In this document: positions 27,637 to 36,910 of the stretch, piece after piece | How the letters are laid out: each line of letters opens with the position of its first letter | Position numbering within the stretch: the first letter of the stretch is position 1 | From: an uncultured Alphaproteobacteria bacterium | GTDB lineage: Bacteria; Pseudomonadota; Alphaproteobacteria; Rs-D84 | Assembly: GCA_944389345.1 (NCBI GenBank) | Contig: CALXMA010000001.1 | Location: 69,117-133,116 of the forward strand | Length of the DNA stretch: 64,000 nucleotides | Direction of reading: 5' to 3' | Translations under genes and position numbers: made by a program | The notes under the pieces: model-generated | Told to the model about the DNA's origin: nothing | The model's input: the letters and a program-made list of their open reading frames with translations, nothing else | The model's database searches: none

Positions 27637-28069
27637 AGATATTTTGCCAAAGACATTTGAAGAGTTAAAAGCGTTATCACAAGATGAGCGCGCGCGTTTA
27701 TGGGCACGGTATTCGCCCCACCCTTTTAAGCGATAAATGCGATCGCTTTGGTACTATATTCAATGCGAACGACTAAACCTGCGTATTGAGCCAAAGTTCA
27801 TCAAGAAAATAAAAAAGTATAAAGACAACCCCGCCGAATGCGTAGATCGTGTATTAAAGCACAGGTATAACATTGCACCCGGCACAACTATCATCAGGAA
27901 CTTTCGGAATATAGAGCACAAGGTCCTGGTCAATTATGACAATACGTTTTTATATAACGAAAAGCAGTATCGTTCCCTATCCGCAATTGCGTCTGATATT
28001 TGTGGTGCGAAGACATCAGGACCACACTTTTTTGAACTGGATAAAAGGAAAGTAAATGCCAGTGATTAA
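27620..28069 (+). pseudogene. DUF2924-like recombinase-associated gene interrupted by an in-frame TAA (27734-27736)
   Basis: ATG 27620 gives MQRKVKDILPKTFEELKALSQDERARLWARYSPHPFKR-stop. The same frame continues MRSLWYYIQCERL...GTTIIRNFRNIEHKVLVNYDNTFLYNEKQYRSLSAIASDICGAKTSGPHFF, the G..l.R.w.G..h.V.v...f.y.g..Y.SLSaiA..ItG...sGp.FF pattern of DUF2924. It lies directly upstream of, and overlaps, the serine recombinase gene. Confidence 0.6.
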
Positions 28070-29651
28070 ATGCGCTGTTTATGTCCGTAAGTCAACAGAA
28101 CATGGGTTGGAACAAGAGTTTAATTCCCTGTTAAACCAGGATGAATCTTGTAAAGCATACATTGCGTCCCAGGCATTTAATAATTGGGAATATGTTCGCA
28201 CTTATACTGATGCGGCGATTTCTGGCGGGACTATGGAACGGCCTGCCCTGAAACAAATGTTGGACGATATGGCACATGGTTTGGTCAATACGGTTGTGGT
28301 TTATAAGGTTGACCGACTGTCGCGTTCCATATTGGACTTTCATAAGATGATGCAGTATTTCAACAAGTATAACGCGAACTTTGTGTCCATAACCCAATCG
28401 TTTGATACCAGTACATCCATGGGTAAATTGACATTGAACATGTTGCTGTCATTCGCCCAATTTGAACGCGAGGTTTCCAGCGAACGAGTACGGGATAAAA
28501 TACGTGCCAGTAAGGCCAAAGGCATCTGGATGGGTGGGATGCCACGGTTGGGATATGATGTCGTGGACAAGAAGCTGATTGTAAATCCAGCCGAAGCCGA
28601 GCAAGTTAGACAACTGTTTGGTAAATACTTGGAGCTGCAATCTGTGAACGACTTGACCCTGTGGGCCGAAAGCAACGGTATTCGCGCCAAGGCATGGACA
28701 ACCGCCAAAGGGGTGCTGCGTGGTGGCAAGCCCATTACACCGAACAGCATGCACAAGATTTTGCGAGACAAAATCTATATCGGAATGATCGAAAATAAGG
28801 TCAGCAATAATGTTGCCCGTGGCGAACATCAGGCGATCGTATCGCCGGAAGTATTTGAACAGGTACAGGATGCATTGAGGGCGAATTCTAATAATACCAG
28901 TCATCGCAGGCGGTCGCCAAACCTGCTGTCACGAAAGCTGTATAACGACAAAGGTGTGCGTTTTACCAATCAGCACGCATGCTCCAAGGACAAGGTGGGG
29001 CCATATTACTATGCAACACGGGGGTTCTATCTGCCGGCGGCACAGGTGGATGAAATAGCCATGTCTGTTGTGGCGGATTTTCTGGACAGTGATATGAGTG
29101 CCCTGGCCCAAAATGTGGTCATGGCATTGAAACGGATTGTGTGGGAAGACCTGTCATACCTGCAAAGGCGGGAATTGGTTCGCGTTATGATTGAACGAGC
29201 AGTTTATTCGCAAGAACAACTGATATTCTGTATCAATATCAACCCACAGCTGTATAATTCATTTTTATCTACATACCACATCAATCACAATAGCCGTCCA
29301 ATGGAATATACAGTAAATGGCGATAATGTGACGATTGTGCGACCGGTTGTACTGCGCCGATATGCCAACACCAGATTTAGCGGTGGACGTAATGGCACGC
29401 TAAGTATTACAGAAAATAACCACTTGATATTAAAGGCCTTTGCCACGGCGTGGAAATATAGAGAATTGTATGAACGAGATGGGGATATCCACAGGATATT
29501 CCAAGAAGAACGCACGTCACCACGTCAGTTTTACCGACACCTGGACATTGCATATATGAATCCGGACAATGTTAATGAAATACTGTCCGGGAAAATACAC
29601 ATAAATGTTAATGACTTGTTTCAGATTGCGAGAGAGAATCAACTATATTAG
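28056..29651 (+). CDS. Large serine recombinase (resolvase N-terminal domain plus recombinase/zinc-ribbon region)
   Basis: CAVYVRKSTEHG (catalytic Ser region), VVVYKVDRLSRS, the SFAQFERE..SERV E-helix and a ~380-aa C-terminal extension. Confidence 0.9.
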   Translation: MPVIKCAVYVRKSTEHGLEQEFNSLLNQDESCKAYIASQAFNNWEYVRTYTDAAISGGTMERPALKQMLDDMAHGLVNTVVVYKVDRLSRSILDFHKMMQYFNKYNANFVSITQSFDTSTSMGKLTLNMLLSFAQFEREVSSERVRDKIRASKAKGIWMGGMPRLGYDVVDKKLIVNPAEAEQVRQLFGKYLELQSVNDLTLWAESNGIRAKAWTTAKGVLRGGKPITPNSMHKILRDKIYIGMIENKVSNNVARGEHQAIVSPEVFEQVQDALRANSNNTSHRRRSPNLLSRKLYNDKGVRFTNQHACSKDKVGPYYYATRGFYLPAAQVDEIAMSVVADFLDSDMSALAQNVVMALKRIVWEDLSYLQRRELVRVMIERAVYSQEQLIFCININPQLYNSFLSTYHINHNSRPMEYTVNGDNVTIVRPVVLRRYANTRFSGGRNGTLSITENNHLILKAFATAWKYRELYERDGDIHRIFQEERTSPRQFYRHLDIAYMNPDNVNEILSGKIHINVNDLFQIARENQLY

Positions 29652-30119
29652 TTTCAAATACTTACCGAACAAGTCTATCATATAACCAGACGACATCTGT
29701 TCATCCCACTTCTTAATAATTTCGCACTTCTGATCGTCATCAACAATTTGTATATTGTTGACACCGAATAAGCGTGCTACATCTAAACGTAGCTCACAAA
29801 TATAACTGCGTATATTTTCATCTTTAAACAACAAATCTGCATCACTTATTAACGAACTAACTTTATTATATAAAGGACGCACAAATTTTGCATCGATTCC
29901 ATCAATCTCTTTATTATTTAAAGCAAACAATTCGGAGCTTGCACTTAGTATTATATCTTTTATATCATTGTACACTTGGAAACGCTTATCATATAAAAAA
30001 TCGTCTTTTTTATGTTTATCGATTTTTAACTGAGCCTTAGAAATAAAAAATGCAGCGATCCCAATAGCAGCAGCAGAAAAAGCACTTATTCCGGCAAATA
30101 CACAATTTAATACATTCAT
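29643..30119 (-). CDS. Hypothetical membrane-anchored protein (158 aa)
   Basis: ATG 30119 follows the SD AAAGGA. One N-terminal TM helix: VFAGISAFSAAAIGIAAFFI. Confidence 0.5.
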   Translation of the reverse strand: MNVLNCVFAGISAFSAAAIGIAAFFISKAQLKIDKHKKDDFLYDKRFQVYNDIKDIILSASSELFALNNKEIDGIDAKFVRPLYNKVSSLISDADLLFKDENIRSYICELRLDVARLFGVNNIQIVDDDQKCEIIKKWDEQMSSGYMIDLFGKYLKLI

Positions 30120-30342
30120 TTTTAATCCTTTATATTCATGTGACAAATATAAGAAACATTGGCATATTTTCAAGACATGCACGATACTGGCATCGGGATT
30201 TTGAGGCTTGTATGTAAGCGATGGGGATATTTGATTATTTGACAACTTCGTTGTACATACTGGTAACTTCGTGGTGAAAAAGTGGCGGAAGTCCGCCTAA
30301 AAACAAAGCCCCGACAGATTTTGTCGGGGGTTTGATTATTCC

Positions 30343-30433
30343 TGGCGGAGACGAAGGGATTCGAACCCTTGATACCCTTGCGGGTATACTACATTTCCAA
30401 TGTAGCGCACTAGACCAACTATGCGACGTCTCC
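30343..30433 (-). tRNA. tRNA-Ser(GGA)
   Basis: Minus strand reads GGAGACG-TC-GCAT-AGTTGGTCTA-GTGC-G-CTACA-TTGGAAA-TGTAG, then a long variable arm TATACCCGCAAGGGTATC, then AAGGG-TTCGAAT-CCCTT-CGTCTCC-G-CCA. A terminator hairpin follows (CCCCGACA-AAAT-CTGTCGGGG). Confidence 0.9.
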
Positions 30434-30450
30434 GTATCTGGTGTATTATA

Positions 30451-30825
30451 TTATTCCGCAGACAAATCGGCCGTTTCTTCGGTTTCGTCCGGTTCAATTG
30501 GGTCTTCTATTAACGTATTTTCCAATTCGGCGTCGATTTCGCGGGTTTGCGGATCTTCCACGTTTGCAATTTCCAAAGAATCTTCACCATCGGACACCGC
30601 CGGGGTTTCTTTGTACGATTGCACAAATTCGTGACGCAGATTGTCGACATCCAGTTTTCCCGTGGCGATTTCACGCAATGCGACAACCGTCAATTTATCG
30701 CCATCACGTTCAACAACAGGTTCGGCACCGCCGTTCAAGTCGCGCACGCGTTGCGACGCCAGCATTCCCAATTCATAACGACTTTCCACGTATGGTAATG
30801 TATCTGAATTTGTTGTACGGGCCAT
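30451..30825 (-). CDS. rpoZ: DNA-directed RNA polymerase subunit omega with acidic C-terminal tail
   Basis: MARTTNSDTLPYVESRYELGMLASQRVRDLNGGAEPVVERDGDKLTVVALREIATGKL matches the RpoZ core (NR[FY]EL..LA..RAR.L......V.RD.DK..V.ALREIA). Confidence 0.9.
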   Translation of the reverse strand: MARTTNSDTLPYVESRYELGMLASQRVRDLNGGAEPVVERDGDKLTVVALREIATGKLDVDNLRHEFVQSYKETPAVSDGEDSLEIANVEDPQTREIDAELENTLIEDPIEPDETEETADLSAE

Positions 30826-30963
30826 TTTTTAATTTCCTTTGCTAAAAACGTTTCTAACCGAGTTATATTGCCCCAAGAATATAAAAAAAGCAAGAAAAAA
30901 ATAAATATAAAATCCCCATTGCGGGGATTTTTTGTTCCTGGTAATGGTTCGCAAACTGTTTAA

Positions 30964-31482
30964 TTACCTGTAATAGCAATTTGATGTGTACACATAGGTC
31001 CCCGTGGAATCGGAACCCACGGTTCCAGACGGCAAATAGCACGATGTAATAGATGTTGATGCCTGGGCCGAAGTGCCAGAATTTGGGCACGGCGTACAGC
31101 CAGACGTCCCATTAGACGTCACACCATAATATCCCGCCGCACAGGCGTACGAATATGTCTTGTCACACGTACCATTGCAATTGCATACACCCGTGTATTT
31201 ACGGACATATCCCGTACCATAGTCCGTCCATCCACTGCCGGAACAACTGCTGGCACACTGTATACAGCAATCTTCGAAAGTAACCATTTTGCACCGACCT
31301 TTGCTGGGCAATGTTACATTTTTAGGAATAAATCCAGAATAACGTTTGGCGCACGCGTATATGCGATCACAGTGCTTTGTGCTGTGGTCGCAACTGTATT
31401 TGTATTAAGTACTGCTGCAATGGCCGGCATATGCATACCCCGATATTCCGCACAATACAACTGCTATTAGTGTTTTTTTAAT
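30964..31482 (-). pseudogene. Decayed member B of the small Cys-rich secreted family (ATT in place of ATG; in-frame TAA at 31407-31405)
   Basis: The frame reads (I)KKTLIAVVLCGISGYAYAGHCSST-stop-YKYSCDHSTKHCDR...CTPCPNSGTSAQASTSITSCYLPSGTVGSDSTGTYVYTSNCYYR. Its C-terminus parallels member C (CASPGTSSAGTTSISGCCIPSGTTGTDSTGSYRYSSSCCWS). The track lists only the 115-aa tail. Confidence 0.6.
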
Positions 31483-31640
31483 TTCAGAACCCCTTTTTCG
31501 GTTTGTTAAACGAAAAAAACACCAGAAAAATTCAGGTGGTTGGGGGTATTTCACGTCCCCACGGACGCACAGCATAGAGGTTTAGATGCCTCAGTACAGG
31601 AATTCCCCGTACCGCTTGCGCGGTCTAGCACGAAAGATAT
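31483..31640 (-). promoter_or_regulatory. Degenerate copy B of the conserved leader
   Basis: Plus strand 31513-31546 aaaaaaacaccagaaaaattcaggtggttggggg versus 8365-8398 aaaaaaccaccggaaaaattcaggtggttggagg. It shares GGGGAATTCC with copy A. The terminator stem is weakened by a mismatch and the middle hairpin is missing. Confidence 0.45.
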
Positions 31641-31718
31641 TTTATGACAAGTTTTTTGTACACAGGCATATCTTTTATTTATTGCACCGGCCGAACCGTG
31701 CGCTATAATCGTTGCGAT

Positions 31719-32945
31719 ATGTCAGACGAAAATAATATAAAAACTTTATCTATGGGATGTCGGCTGAACGCGTTAGAGGCGGAAAAAATCAAACGGATGA
31801 TTGCGCCCAGACTGAAATGCGGAATTGTCGTCAATACTTGTGCCGTTACCGGCGAAGCAGAACGACAATCGGGCCAAGCGGTACGAAAAATCGCCCGCGA
31901 CAATCCAAATGTGCCGATATTTGTTACGGGGTGTGGCGCAACGCACAATCCGGGTGTTTTTGACAAGATTCCAAACACATTTGTCGTTCATAATCGCGAT
32001 AAATTAAACCCCGCCGTTTACACCAACATTATCAATAATTACGTCTGTAATTCTGACAGTGCGTGTCATATCAATATGACGCATCACGATTCCGAATTGT
32101 CTAAGCAATTTGTCCAGGTTCAAAATGGGTGTAATCATAAATGCACGTACTGTATAACGCGCATTTTGCGTGGGTCGGCGGTATCGTTCCCATATACAGA
32201 CATTCTGGCCGATGTACGCAATGCGGTCGCAAATGGGTTCGGCGAAATAGTACTGACCGGGGTGGACACGGCCAGTTATGCGCACGACGGGATGTTAATT
32301 TCTGATGTGTGCGCGAATTTATTGCGCGACGTGCCAGAAATCCGGCGTTTGCGTATATCTTCGTTCGACCCGGCATCACCACAAATTTATAAAATCATAG
32401 ATATGATGAAATCTGATGCGCGAATGATGCCACATATGCACCTGTCGATGCAGTCGGGGTCTGATACCATTTTGCGTGCCATGCAACGGCGACACAACGC
32501 GCAAAGCGTACGAAATATTGTTGCGTATGCCGGCCCGGGGATTACATTCAGTTGGGATATCATTTGCGGTTTCCCTGGCGAAACAGATGACCTGTTCCGC
32601 GAAACACTGGATTTAGTACGTGATGTCCGTCCAATAAAAATACACGCGTTTCCATTTTCTGCGCGTCCGGGGACGGTTGCGTTTGATATGCCGAACAAGA
32701 TTCCGCACGCCGTGGCCAAAGAACGCGTGCATCAAATTTCCGCCATTGCCGACGCGTTTCGTAACGATTTTATGCGATTGCAAGTGGGGCAATCCGTTCC
32801 TGTATTAGTTGAAAAGAACAATATTGCCCGCACCCCGCATGACATAGATGTAAAAATTGATGGCGCCCCGATTGCACCACGTACGATTTGCAATGTAAAA
32901 CTGGTTGATGTGTGCGATGGACGATACGTCGGAATGCCCGTATAA
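31719..32945 (+). CDS. mtaB: Radical-SAM methylthiotransferase, MtaB-like
   Basis: N-terminal TLSMGCRLNALEAE, radical SAM cluster CNHKCTYC and a C-terminal TRAM-like region. Start moved to ATG 31719. Confidence 0.8.
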   Translation: MSDENNIKTLSMGCRLNALEAEKIKRMIAPRLKCGIVVNTCAVTGEAERQSGQAVRKIARDNPNVPIFVTGCGATHNPGVFDKIPNTFVVHNRDKLNPAVYTNIINNYVCNSDSACHINMTHHDSELSKQFVQVQNGCNHKCTYCITRILRGSAVSFPYTDILADVRNAVANGFGEIVLTGVDTASYAHDGMLISDVCANLLRDVPEIRRLRISSFDPASPQIYKIIDMMKSDARMMPHMHLSMQSGSDTILRAMQRRHNAQSVRNIVAYAGPGITFSWDIICGFPGETDDLFRETLDLVRDVRPIKIHAFPFSARPGTVAFDMPNKIPHAVAKERVHQISAIADAFRNDFMRLQVGQSVPVLVEKNNIARTPHDIDVKIDGAPIAPRTICNVKLVDVCDGRYVGMPV

Positions 32946-32999
32946 TAAATATCAAAAAATCTGTTGGCATTGTGATTTATAGTTGCTATTATCAGCAAC

Positions 33000-34175
33000 A
33001 TGAACAAGAAAATATTTATCCTGTTATTAGCATTAATAACAACATCTGCGCGCGCGGATTTTTCTACGCGGGCAAAATCTGCGTTTCTGGTTGATTATGA
33101 TTCTGGGGCCGAAATTGTGGCCAAGAATGCCGACGAATTGATGCCACCATCGTCTATGATTAAACTGATGACGTTGGCCGTGTTGTTCGACGAAATCAAG
33201 GCGGGAAATTTAACACTGGACGACAGACTGACGGTCAGTGAAAATGCGGACTATAACAATCCGTTGTGGTACCCCGCCAGCAAGATTTGTTTGGTCGCAG
33301 GCCAAACTATTTCTGTGCGCGATGCGATATTGGGATTGATTGTTCTGTCGGGTGGTGATGCGTCTGTTGTTGTCGCAGAAAAATTAGCCGGCAGTGAAAC
33401 CGCATTCACAGAATTAATGCAGAAAAAGGCCCGGGATATCGGGATGCCGTTGTCTACGTTCGGCAACGCCAGTGGTTTACCAAACCCAAACAATTTGATG
33501 ACCAGTCGCGAACTGGCCACGTTGGCGACGCACATTATTGCGGATTACCCCGACCTGTACCCCATGTTTGCAACAAAACGGTTCCAATTCAAAGAATACA
33601 AATCTGATTGGTGCCAGGATTGGGGACGTACGCATACGATGAACTATAACAAACTGTTGTTCATTATGCCGGGCGCAGATGGTCTGAAAACGGGCCACAC
33701 CAGCGAAGGTGGATATGGTATGGTGGCCAGTGCGAAAATCGGTGGTCGGCGTTTGGTCGGGGTTATTAATGGATTTAACGGACAAAACCATGACGCATTA
33801 GCCAAAGAAATGAAAAAGTTGTTGGAATACGGATACGCCGAAACAATGAACAAAGTATTCTTTAACCCGGGCGATGTTATCGTTAATGTTCCCGTGTGGT
33901 ATGGACGCCAGGATACCGTTCCCGCAACAGTCCAAAAACCATTTGTCATAACCGTTCCAAAAGAAAACGGCATGACCGGGGTGCGCGTTGTTGCACGATA
34001 CAACGAACCACAACCTGCCCCGATTGCCCAAGGCGCAGAAGTTGGTGAAATTATCGCGCAAAAAGACGGCCAGGTTATTGCGCGTGCGCCACTGGTCGCG
34101 GTTAACCAAGTTAAAAAAGTCCAATTCTTTGGACGGATTATCAGAAACATTCGCGTAATTTTGGGAATTGACTGA
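33000..34175 (+). CDS. D-alanyl-D-alanine carboxypeptidase (PBP5/6 family, S11)
   Basis: Signal peptide, SxxK (PSSMIKLMT), a SGGDA SxN-like motif, KTGHT, and a C-terminal PBP5_C-like domain. Confidence 0.9.
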   Translation: MNKKIFILLLALITTSARADFSTRAKSAFLVDYDSGAEIVAKNADELMPPSSMIKLMTLAVLFDEIKAGNLTLDDRLTVSENADYNNPLWYPASKICLVAGQTISVRDAILGLIVLSGGDASVVVAEKLAGSETAFTELMQKKARDIGMPLSTFGNASGLPNPNNLMTSRELATLATHIIADYPDLYPMFATKRFQFKEYKSDWCQDWGRTHTMNYNKLLFIMPGADGLKTGHTSEGGYGMVASAKIGGRRLVGVINGFNGQNHDALAKEMKKLLEYGYAETMNKVFFNPGDVIVNVPVWYGRQDTVPATVQKPFVITVPKENGMTGVRVVARYNEPQPAPIAQGAEVGEIIAQKDGQVIARAPLVAVNQVKKVQFFGRIIRNIRVILGID

Positions 34176-34176
34176 T

Positions 34177-35079
34177 ATGGCACCAAGAAAACCCAGCAAT
34201 CCTTATAAATTCCCAGACCCGATGGACAACGATATTTTGGTCGGCCACCAAGATGTCTTGAACGATTTTGTCGTGGCATGGAATGGACGGAACGAACATC
34301 CAATACACCCGGTATGGATGCTGGCGGGGCCACGCGGTATCGGCAAGGCGACATTGGCGTACAAAATCGCAAAAATGGTGTACGGAAATGTTGGCGATTT
34401 CTTTATATTGGACAATACGCGCAGTCTGGACAAAGACGGGGTCATAAAACCAGACAGCAAAAGTATTTCCGTATACACGGTCCGCGCAATGATTGACCGT
34501 ATGCAATTGTCATCTATGTCCGGCGATTGGCGTGTCGTTTTAATTGATTCTATGGACGATTTGAATACGTCGGCATCGAATGCATTGCTGAAATTACTGG
34601 AAGAACCGCCCGCAAAAACATTATTTCTGTTAATCGTGCACCAGTTGGCGAATATTTTACCAACCATTCGGTCGCGGGCACGCGTCGAAAAAATGCGACC
34701 TTTGTCGATGGCGCAATTGCGCGAACTGTGTGATAAATTTTTGTCGTCCGCCAACGTCAGCGACGAAACATTACGTCTGGCAAATGGCAGTTTCGGTCAA
34801 ATTGCATCTATGACGAAATCTGGGGGCGACGCATTATACGACGAATTAATAGAATGTCTGGAAAACCCGCAATGCGACAGTGCGGACATGATGGCGATTG
34901 CAAAAAGAATTGCCAGTCAACCGGATTTGCATAAAATCTTGCTGGACGCGATTGCAAAATACAATTTGGCAGAACTGTACCCGGTGGCAACGCATGCAAT
35001 ATCAGATATTTCGCGGTTAAACCTGGAACCAGAAATTGCCCTGTTCAAAATAATAAATCAGATAAAAAAATGTTTATAG
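34177..35079 (+). CDS. holB: DNA polymerase III subunit delta'
   Basis: GPRGIGKATLA P-loop-like motif, NALLKLLEEPP and ILPTIRSRA (SRC motif). Confidence 0.85.
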   Translation: MAPRKPSNPYKFPDPMDNDILVGHQDVLNDFVVAWNGRNEHPIHPVWMLAGPRGIGKATLAYKIAKMVYGNVGDFFILDNTRSLDKDGVIKPDSKSISVYTVRAMIDRMQLSSMSGDWRVVLIDSMDDLNTSASNALLKLLEEPPAKTLFLLIVHQLANILPTIRSRARVEKMRPLSMAQLRELCDKFLSSANVSDETLRLANGSFGQIASMTKSGGDALYDELIECLENPQCDSADMMAIAKRIASQPDLHKILLDAIAKYNLAELYPVATHAISDISRLNLEPEIALFKIINQIKKCL

Positions 35080-35825
35080 ATACGCATTGTCATTTAACGG
35101 ATAACTATGTGTCCGGTGATTTGCGCGACGTTGTTGCGCGCGCATTCGACGCCGGTGTTAAAACACTGATTTGCCCGACCGCAAATCCGGCCGATATTCC
35201 CGATGCGATTAAAATCGCCGAAGAATACAATAACGTTTTCGCAACTGTTGGCATTCACCCAGAATACGCCGGCGTGGACGCCCAACAGTTTTTGACCGAC
35301 GATGTACTGCGCCACCCGCGCGTAATTGGCGTTGGCGAAATCGGGTTGGACTATCACGGTGGCGACGATAATCGCAACGCGCAAATACAATTATTCGAAC
35401 AACAGTTGGATTTGGCGCGCAAATACAATCTGCCGGTGGCGGTACATACGCGCGATGCAGAATCTGATACCGCAGACATTCTGGGGGGCGATGTGCGCGG
35501 GGTTATGCACTGTTTTACCAGTTCTTGGAATTTGGCGAAAGTAATGTTAGACCGTGGATTTTTCTTTTCCGCCAGTGGCATTTTAACATTCAAAAACGCC
35601 GCCGATGTACGCGATACATTCGCAAAGATTCCCATCGACCGCATTGTTATCGAAACAGACAGTCCGTACTGTGCCCCTGTGCCGTATCGTGGCAAGGTCT
35701 GTGAACCTGCGTATGTTATTGAAACCGCGCGCGTGTTGGCCGATATACACAAAATGTCGTTGGATGAAATGGGACCAATATTGGTTCAAAACACCAAACA
35801 ATTGTATCCTAAAATGAACATATAA
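35070..35825 (+). CDS. tatD: TatD-family metal-dependent hydrolase
   Basis: MFIDTHCHL, GEIGLDY, PVAVHTRDA, GVMHCF and IVIETDSPY are canonical TatD motifs. Confidence 0.9.
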   Translation: MFIDTHCHLTDNYVSGDLRDVVARAFDAGVKTLICPTANPADIPDAIKIAEEYNNVFATVGIHPEYAGVDAQQFLTDDVLRHPRVIGVGEIGLDYHGGDDNRNAQIQLFEQQLDLARKYNLPVAVHTRDAESDTADILGGDVRGVMHCFTSSWNLAKVMLDRGFFFSASGILTFKNAADVRDTFAKIPIDRIVIETDSPYCAPVPYRGKVCEPAYVIETARVLADIHKMSLDEMGPILVQNTKQLYPKMNI

Positions 35826-35827
35826 AA

Positions 35828-35851
35828 ACGCGCCATATGGCGCGTTTTTTT
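35828..35851. terminator. Bidirectional hairpin terminator between tatD and the convergent ORF
   Basis: AAAAACGCGCC-ATAT-GGCGCGTTTTTTT. Confidence 0.75.
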
Positions 35852-36407
35852 AGTGTTTTGTACGCTGATTCTGTTGTGATAATTGGTGGACAAACTGCGG
35901 CGTCAGCATGCGATTATGGTGGAACGCAAAATACGGCGCCATATGTCGCATTAATTTCAGATTCTGGGCATCGTCCAACGCAACGCAAACCACATTCGTA
36001 TTCAAATGCATTTCTTTGGTATAAATAATTTCTGTTTTGAATCCGATTTTTTGCAACATTGTGGCAACAAAGTTAATCGCCCACTGTTGTTCCGAACGGT
36101 GTGATTCTGTTTTATATTTTTGCGCAATACACGGCGCGAACATTACCACGGGGCGCGTACCAACATATTCAAAGTATATATCCGCAGACTGGTTTATAAA
36201 TCTTGTTAACACGTCATATCTGTTGGCCAATGTTCTGATTTTATAAAACACATTAGGCACACCAAAATACGGCCGAATTGCGGTGTACAAATGTCTGTGC
36301 GTTAATATGTTTTTAGTATCCCATAGCCATGGATTGTATTGTTCCCATTTCATGCGTATACACCCCTTTGTATACGTCCAAGATAGCACAGCGGATAAAA
36401 TTTGCAA
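35850..36407 (-). CDS. Hypothetical protein (185 aa; start may be the internal Met at 36353)
   Basis: ORF only; no motif recognised. Confidence 0.45.
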   Translation of the reverse strand: MQILSAVLSWTYTKGCIRMKWEQYNPWLWDTKNILTHRHLYTAIRPYFGVPNVFYKIRTLANRYDVLTRFINQSADIYFEYVGTRPVVMFAPCIAQKYKTESHRSEQQWAINFVATMLQKIGFKTEIIYTKEMHLNTNVVCVALDDAQNLKLMRHMAPYFAFHHNRMLTPQFVHQLSQQNQRTKH

Positions 36408-36438
36408 TTTTTTATATCATGATATAGAATATGCCATC

Positions 36439-36906
36439 ATGCCACGTCAGATAATAAAATTTGGTCAGGTCGCAGAAAACCGCAAGGCCCGGTACAGTTA
36501 TTCTATCGAAGACACTGTCGAGGCGGGAATTTCTTTGACCGGTGCAGAAATCAAGTCCGTGCGATACGGACTGGTCAGTATTGTTGACGGATTCGTTCAA
36601 CGACGCGGGCGTGATTTGTTCTTGGCGGGGGTGGAAATTCAAAAACTGCCCACGGCCGCACGCATAGTCAATTTCGACGAACGGCGTCCGCGCCAACTGT
36701 TATTGCATCGGACACAGATTAATCGACTGATTGGGAAATTACAGGAAAAAGGCGCGACGATCGTTCCGTTAAAATTCTATTTCAATAATCGTGGCCGGTT
36801 AAAGGTTTTACTGGGCGTCGGGTACGGTAAATCCAAGGTTGACAAGCGTGAAACTATCAAGCGTCGCGAATGGGATAAAAACCGCGCACGAATATTAAAG
36901 GGGTAA
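36439..36906 (+). CDS. smpB: SsrA-binding protein SmpB
   Basis: ENRKARYSYSIEDTVEAGISLTGAEIKS...RRPRQLLLHRTQINRL...ATIVPLKFYFNNRGRLKVLLGVGYGKSKVDKRE. Start moved to ATG 36439. Confidence 0.9.
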   Translation: MPRQIIKFGQVAENRKARYSYSIEDTVEAGISLTGAEIKSVRYGLVSIVDGFVQRRGRDLFLAGVEIQKLPTAARIVNFDERRPRQLLLHRTQINRLIGKLQEKGATIVPLKFYFNNRGRLKVLLGVGYGKSKVDKRETIKRREWDKNRARILKG

Positions 36907-36910
36907 GCAC

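Larger units (their letters stand above)
16136..30342. mobile_element. ~14-kb integrated genomic island at the 3' end of tRNA-Ser(GGA), with defence-type cargo and a large serine recombinase
   Basis: Bounded by the intact tRNA-Ser (30343-30433) and direct repeats of its 3' end. The interior 16.4-27 kb is visibly AT-richer (17 G+C in the 60 nt from 17221) than the flanking core. Cargo includes an RM system, nuclease-like genes, a DUF2924 gene and a serine recombinase near the tRNA-proximal end. Confidence 0.7.

Noticed and set aside
30332-30845. Plus-strand ORFs 30332-30634, 30441-30845 and 30547-30798.
   Set aside because: They overlap tRNA-Ser and are antisense to rpoZ, whose product matches the omega-subunit core motif.
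27734-31407. Two in-frame TAA codons in otherwise conserved-looking genes (27734-27736 and 31407-31405) raised the possibility of stop-codon reassignment.
   Set aside because: TAA terminates many well-conserved genes here at the expected protein ends, for example the giant gene, alaS and rnj. Both affected genes are accessory, and one also lost its ATG. Pseudogenisation is the simpler reading.
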